DNA of 61,433 nucleotides from a virus (Duplodnaviria; Caudoviricetes): IMG/VR virus record IMGVR_UViG_3300035701_000031, positions 1 to 61,433 of that record; one strand, 5' to 3'. Shown piece by piece: positions 56,785 to 61,433 of this stretch (position 1 is its first letter; each line of letters starts with the position of its first letter). The notes under the pieces were generated by a model. It saw only the letters and a program-made list of their open reading frames with translations, ran no database searches and was not told where the DNA came from. The position numbers and the translations under genes were made by a program.

Positions 56785-59700
56785 TTACTCCCCGCTTTTT
56801 GTTGCCCCGATTGTGATTGTTCCAGTATAATTCCCGATTTGCTGTGCCACTGGAATATCAAGCCAATAATATTCATTCATTGTTGCTGCCGTTGGATATG
56901 TGCCTTTGCCCCAAAGCGAATTTAATTCTTGATTTTCGCCAGTGCAGCTTGTTGCGCTTCCGCAATTATTGGATAAATACCATTTGTGGTTTATTTTTGG
57001 AAGTGTGTAAGATAAATAATTTAAATCTCCGCATAAATTCAGAATATTCAAATCAATATTTCCATTGTGTGTTATAAGAACGTATGGGTTTGTTTGGTCT
57101 GTTGTTGCAGCATTGCAAGTGCTTCCTTTAACTCCACCATAAATTATTGATGAACTGTCAATTGTAATTCCCGTTGTTTCATTCATTGTTTCTGTATCTG
57201 TTCCCGTTCCTTGTAATCCTACATTGTCTGTCGCATATGCTTTGCAAGTCCATGTTTCATTGGTGTCTTTTATGCTTCCTGTTATTCCAGCCCCGTAATT
57301 ATTGCTTCCATTATCAATTAAATTTCCCGTCTTGCAATCCCAGCTTGCGCTTGTGCAGCTTTCTTCGCTTGAATTTAAACTCCAGCATTTGTAAGTTGTT
57401 GTTGCCAATCCACTGCCAGATTCCGTTATTGTCATATTTAAATCGTAATCTATTCCTTCAAGCGCATTGCTGTAATTCATTACAACGCTGCTTACAACAG
57501 GGGCAGTATTGTCGGCAGTATAAGTATCAGTGTTTTGGTCAATGCTATAAGCAATCCCATCCCACATTCTGCAATAAATTGTTTTTGTTCCGTCTCCGCT
57601 TGCTCCTTTTCCAACGCAGCTAACATCGGAATATGGGCTTGCGTTTCCAAAATCAGTGCAAAAATTATTTGTGTCGATTGACGGGTTTGGTGATGTTCCG
57701 CAAAGCAAAGTTATATTATCGCTGTCTGCGTCTCCCGCCCCGCTTGCCGTAACTTTAATATCGTCATTTTGTTTTGCGTAAGTTGCATTCAAATCTATGC
57801 TTGCCATATAGGGAGTAGTATTCCCGCCTTCTTCTACGCCATAAGTTTGCAAATCACCATTTTCCGAACGATACAACAACATTGCCTCATTTGTATCAAT
57901 GCCAACATTCATTACTTTGACTTCGTCTATTTTGCCATCACAAATATAATTGCCTGTATGGTATGCGCCAATGGTGAAGTCATAGTATGAAACTGCACCC
58001 ATCAAAGAAGTTGCAGCTGCATTTCCTGCCTCCCACGCCCCGTTTAAATATAAATTTAAGCCGAGCGATGTGCTCCATGCTAAAATCCCATGGTACCATG
58101 TGCCGCTTGACATCGTTGTTGTTGTAGTAAGGCTGCTTGTAATGCCACCGCCTTTTGCATCAACATGAATTTTTGTGTTGCTTGCGGCAGTTGTGATTTG
58201 CAGGTAATCTGTTTCCCCGCTTGTGTTCCATTTGTCTAGTATGTAATTGCTTGTTGCACCTGTTGGGTTGAACCAAAATCCGATTGAAAGATTTGCTGGT
58301 GGTGTGTCCAGCAGCGTATCTTGATACGCATAGTACGCAGTTGCTGGGTTCAATCCTGCCGCCCCAATTTTTTGCGTTGTAGTGTCCCAGATTGCGCTGT
58401 TGCTTGCTGTTGCATTGTAAGCTCCTTTCTTGTCGTTTACTGCTGTTCCTGTTCCTTCATCACTATGGTAAACCGCCAAATAATTTGTAAGAGTGTTTGC
58501 AGCATCCTGTGCATCTGATGCGCCAGCATTGCCGTAATACATATAAATATCAATATTTGAATCTGAAGTGAATATATCAGTTACTTTCACCCAAGCATCC
58601 ATCAAATCATTTGCGTTATCGAATCTTTGAAAATAAAATTTTAATTCTGTTGAACCGTCTGCTGCTGCAAAGCGAACATCTCTGCCATCTGATTGCACAT
58701 GATTCCAAAAATCGGTGTCTGCTGCTGTTTGTTTTACATAAATCACATGGTCATTCGTTATATTTCCTGAAAGGTAATTTGAAGTTGCAAGAGTTATTTT
58801 CTTTCGATAGCTCCACCCGCTTGTGCCCCACCAAGGGTCGAGTTTCAATGTTTTTGTGCAGGTGTCGGTTAAAATGCAATTCCAACTGCCACCAGCCCAC
58901 AGCCATGCTTCCCACTTCTTTGTGTTATCATTTATGCTTGGCACATAATTTATTTCCCATTTTTCACAACTATTTGCTTTTACCAACAGCCCATCAAGAT
59001 ATGGATATACTTGTTTTCCGTTATGCGTAAATTTATCTTCTGTGAATTTTTGTGTAACATCAAACCAGTTATTCCCTGAAACTAATTCATTCACATCATA
59101 ATTAATTGTCTTTGACGGCAAATTCCCTGTTTTGAATTTTCCTTCAAAATACACTGTGTTTTCATCATAACCATTAACATCGGTAACATTGTGGTAGCAT
59201 TTTGCCCAATGCGGATTTTGGTCGGTTGGATAAAGATTTAATTTATAGACAAAATTATAATCGCAAACAAATTGATGGCTTACCCAACTAAAAACAGGTT
59301 TTCTCCAATAACGCACACTACCACTATTCAAATCAAAATTGAAAACGAATGCGCCAAAAATAGTAGTGTCAGTTCCAGTTTTATTGCATACTTCAAACAT
59401 TTGTTTATATTTGCCGACTGGTGAATACGCTGTGTGTGGGGTTACAGTTAGTTTTGCCTGTGAATCTTCCAGCACAACAGATTCATTTACGATTACATAT
59501 TTTTGCCCTTCAATTTCTTTTGATAATGGCATTCCTTCAGCCATATATTCTCCATAAAATGTGGCTATTTCCCCTCTTGTTGGGGCTTTCAAAATATAAT
59601 TGTAATTGATGTCAATGGCATTATCTATAACAGCCCACCTGATGCGCTTGTCAATGCCCAAAGAACCTGTGCCAGTGTCTTTCACAATCCAATTGCTCGG

Positions 59701-59883
59701 CGGGGTTTCTTCGATTGCGTAATAATTTTCTGAATTATTGACATCCACTATGAGTTTTACTGCCAAGTCGCCTCCAGTTAAAATAGATGTGCTATTATTG
59801 AAATCACGCATAACTGTTGCTGCAAAAATTGGTAAAGTAAGGACAATTAAAATTAACCCTATTGCTAAACAAGATTTATGCAC
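56785..59883 (-). CDS. putative fibre tip adhesin with DUF2341-like and LamG/ConA-like domains
   Basis: W.YRK.IT...DG.D.RF...AWVK...YMYYGN (DUF2341-like); WYH...LYLNG...IG...G.IDEV (LamG); C-terminal fibre-subunit domain. Confidence 0.75.
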   Translation of the reverse strand: MHKSCLAIGLILIVLTLPIFAATVMRDFNNSTSILTGGDLAVKLIVDVNNSENYYAIEETPPSNWIVKDTGTGSLGIDKRIRWAVIDNAIDINYNYILKAPTRGEIATFYGEYMAEGMPLSKEIEGQKYVIVNESVVLEDSQAKLTVTPHTAYSPVGKYKQMFEVCNKTGTDTTIFGAFVFNFDLNSGSVRYWRKPVFSWVSHQFVCDYNFVYKLNLYPTDQNPHWAKCYHNVTDVNGYDENTVYFEGKFKTGNLPSKTINYDVNELVSGNNWFDVTQKFTEDKFTHNGKQVYPYLDGLLVKANSCEKWEINYVPSINDNTKKWEAWLWAGGSWNCILTDTCTKTLKLDPWWGTSGWSYRKKITLATSNYLSGNITNDHVIYVKQTAADTDFWNHVQSDGRDVRFAAADGSTELKFYFQRFDNANDLMDAWVKVTDIFTSDSNIDIYMYYGNAGASDAQDAANTLTNYLAVYHSDEGTGTAVNDKKGAYNATASNSAIWDTTTQKIGAAGLNPATAYYAYQDTLLDTPPANLSIGFWFNPTGATSNYILDKWNTSGETDYLQITTAASNTKIHVDAKGGGITSSLTTTTTMSSGTWYHGILAWSTSLGLNLYLNGAWEAGNAAATSLMGAVSYYDFTIGAYHTGNYICDGKIDEVKVMNVGIDTNEAMLLYRSENGDLQTYGVEEGGNTTPYMASIDLNATYAKQNDDIKVTASGAGDADSDNITLLCGTSPNPSIDTNNFCTDFGNASPYSDVSCVGKGASGDGTKTIYCRMWDGIAYSIDQNTDTYTADNTAPVVSSVVMNYSNALEGIDYDLNMTITESGSGLATTTYKCWSLNSSEESCTSASWDCKTGNLIDNGSNNYGAGITGSIKDTNETWTCKAYATDNVGLQGTGTDTETMNETTGITIDSSSIIYGGVKGSTCNAATTDQTNPYVLITHNGNIDLNILNLCGDLNYLSYTLPKINHKWYLSNNCGSATSCTGENQELNSLWGKGTYPTAATMNEYYWLDIPVAQQIGNYTGTITIGATKSGE

Positions 59884-59924
59884 TGAATCAGCCCCAATTT
59901 CACTTTGATGTTTGCACTATTATA

Positions 59925-60000
59925 TATACAACCTTATATATAAAAATTTTGGTTGGTTCAATTTGCCATCTAAAAATAAACAATATGTTTATAAATGATT
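59925..60000. promoter_or_regulatory. divergent promoter region
   Basis: Minus strand CCAAAATTTTTATATATAAG for the fibre operon; plus strand TTTATAAA about 25 nt upstream of ATG at 60020. Confidence 0.6.
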
Positions 60001-60019
60001 ACTAATATTAATTAATATT

Positions 60020-60133
60020 ATGAGAATAATACGAAAAGTTTGGCAAAATCAACGAGGGCAACTTTTAATAACTATCCCAATTACTTCAATTATTAAAAAA
60101 GGAGATTATATCGAAGTTAAAAAAGTAAAATAG
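60020..60133 (+). CDS. small AbrB/SpoVT-like protein (37 aa)
   Basis: Manual translation MRIIRKVWQNQRGQLLITIPITSIIKKGDYIEVKKVK. Confidence 0.55.
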   Translation: MRIIRKVWQNQRGQLLITIPITSIIKKGDYIEVKKVK

Positions 60134-60143
60134 GCGATTTGAT

Positions 60144-61109
60144 ATGAAATTGGGCAGTTATCATTCTAAAGAAGCACGAATAAAAATGAGTTTGGCACAC
60201 ATAGGGATACAAGCAGGCAAAAATCACCCAATGTGGGGAACACACTTGTCTAAAAAAACAAGAAGAAAAATAAGCAAATCACTTAAAGGAAGACCTTTTT
60301 CTGAAGAACGTAAACAAAAAATAAGTAAAGCACATATTGGATTATTTGCAGGAAACAAACATCCATTATGGGGCAAACATCCATCAAAAGAAACAAGAAA
60401 AAAAATGAGCAAAAATAGTGCTAAAATTTGGTTAGGAAAACATTTACCCAAAGAAACAAAAGAAAAAATAAAAGAGGCAACATTAGGAATAAATAATCAC
60501 AATTATGGTAAACAATTTTCTAAAAAAATTAGAAAAAAGATGGGTTTGGCACGAAAAGGAAAAAATATGGGTAAAAATCATCCTTTATGGGGCAAAGAGA
60601 ATAAATGGGGGCATCATACCGAAGAAAATAAGAAAAAAATTGGAATGAACAGCAAAGGAAAACATCCATTGAAAAAAACAAGAAAAAAAATGAGTAAAAA
60701 TAATGCAAGATTTTGGTTAGGAAAACATCGTTCACAAAAAACAAAACAAAAAATAAGTAAAGCACAAACCCCAGAAATGAGAGAACAATCGAGACAACGT
60801 TGTATTAAAATGATTATGAAAGGATTTAAACCGAGCAAATTCGAAAAACGTATTATAAAACTGATTAAGCAAAATAATCTTCCTTGGAAATACATTGGCG
60901 ATGGCAGAGAAGGCAGCTTTTTCGGGAAACTCCCAGATTTTATAAATACAAACGGGCAGAAAGCGTTTGCAGAAGCCTATGACGATTATTGGCACGATGA
61001 AGATTATGTTCCAAAGCGAAGAAGGTTTTTTGCAAAATTTGGATTCAAAACAAGATTCATTCATTATGATGACAGCGATGAAAAAATTATTAGAATACTT
61101 GGGAAATGA
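60144..61109 (+). CDS. NUMOD3-repeat putative homing endonuclease with PD-(D/E)xK/Vsr-like domain
   Basis: C-terminal domain closely similar to 1-710 and 10413. Confidence 0.85.
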   Translation: MKLGSYHSKEARIKMSLAHIGIQAGKNHPMWGTHLSKKTRRKISKSLKGRPFSEERKQKISKAHIGLFAGNKHPLWGKHPSKETRKKMSKNSAKIWLGKHLPKETKEKIKEATLGINNHNYGKQFSKKIRKKMGLARKGKNMGKNHPLWGKENKWGHHTEENKKKIGMNSKGKHPLKKTRKKMSKNNARFWLGKHRSQKTKQKISKAQTPEMREQSRQRCIKMIMKGFKPSKFEKRIIKLIKQNNLPWKYIGDGREGSFFGKLPDFINTNGQKAFAEAYDDYWHDEDYVPKRRRFFAKFGFKTRFIHYDDSDEKIIRILGK

Positions 61110-61111
61110 GA

Positions 61112-61333
61112 TTAAACCATTTTTTGGGAATTAGAATCACGAATTAGGCATTGCTGGTCATAGTAATTGCACTCATTCACGCAAACACGAAAGTTGTTCG
61201 TGTCGGCGCACCAATTAAAAATAGCCATTTTTGTTGTTGAGAAAAGGTTTTCATTAAAACCCAACCAATAACCTACATATAAACAAAGGGAAATAATAAA
61301 AATAAAAAAGCAAATTAAAAAAACCTTGTTCAT
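61112..61333 (-). CDS. small membrane-anchored Cys-rich protein
   Basis: N-terminal TM helix, four Cys after it. Confidence 0.6.
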   Translation of the reverse strand: MNKVFLICFFIFIISLCLYVGYWLGFNENLFSTTKMAIFNWCADTNNFRVCVNECNYYDQQCLIRDSNSQKMV

Positions 61334-61433
61334 CGAATCACTTTTTCAAACGCAATATTGCTTTCCGAAATTGTTTTTTGTTATGTCCCGTAATCGCAAG
61401 GTAGTTTCTTTTTTCTTCAACGGATGGAAAGAA

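Overview
AT-rich, densely packed segment with almost all genes on the minus strand. It has archaeal expression signals (GGTGA/GGAGG Shine-Dalgarno, BRE-TATA promoters, ATGA/TAATG overlaps) and reads as part of a large archaeal virus or provirus. A DPANN host is an inference, and no terminase, portal or HK97 capsid gene is recognisable. Left: replication and early-type genes (AEP primase, DEDD exonuclease, ATP-grasp, nucleotidyltransferase, intein-containing SF2 helicase) and a four-gene sugar-metabolism operon. Middle: two clusters of small basic proteins; 14 ORFs in the window share a short motif, GWxxESARH[SA]LAxxGIxT, and most lie behind copies of a repeated 53-bp promoter element. Right: a membrane and morphogenesis module (P-loop ATPase with mini-intein, 1730-aa membrane-anchored protein, fibre/adhesin operon). 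Selfish elements are dense (six NUMOD3-type genes, a LAGLIDADG gene, two inteins, a tnpB-only IS, an orphan IS right end). Main discovery: a 73-aa putative major coat protein gene at 48518-48870 (minus), missed by the ORF track, is split by three tiny introns (37, 51, 43 nt) that each fold into an archaeal bulge-helix-bulge splice motif. Canonical cleavage restores a frame that aligns without gaps (46/69 identical, hand count) to an intron-free paralogous domain at 30684-30893.
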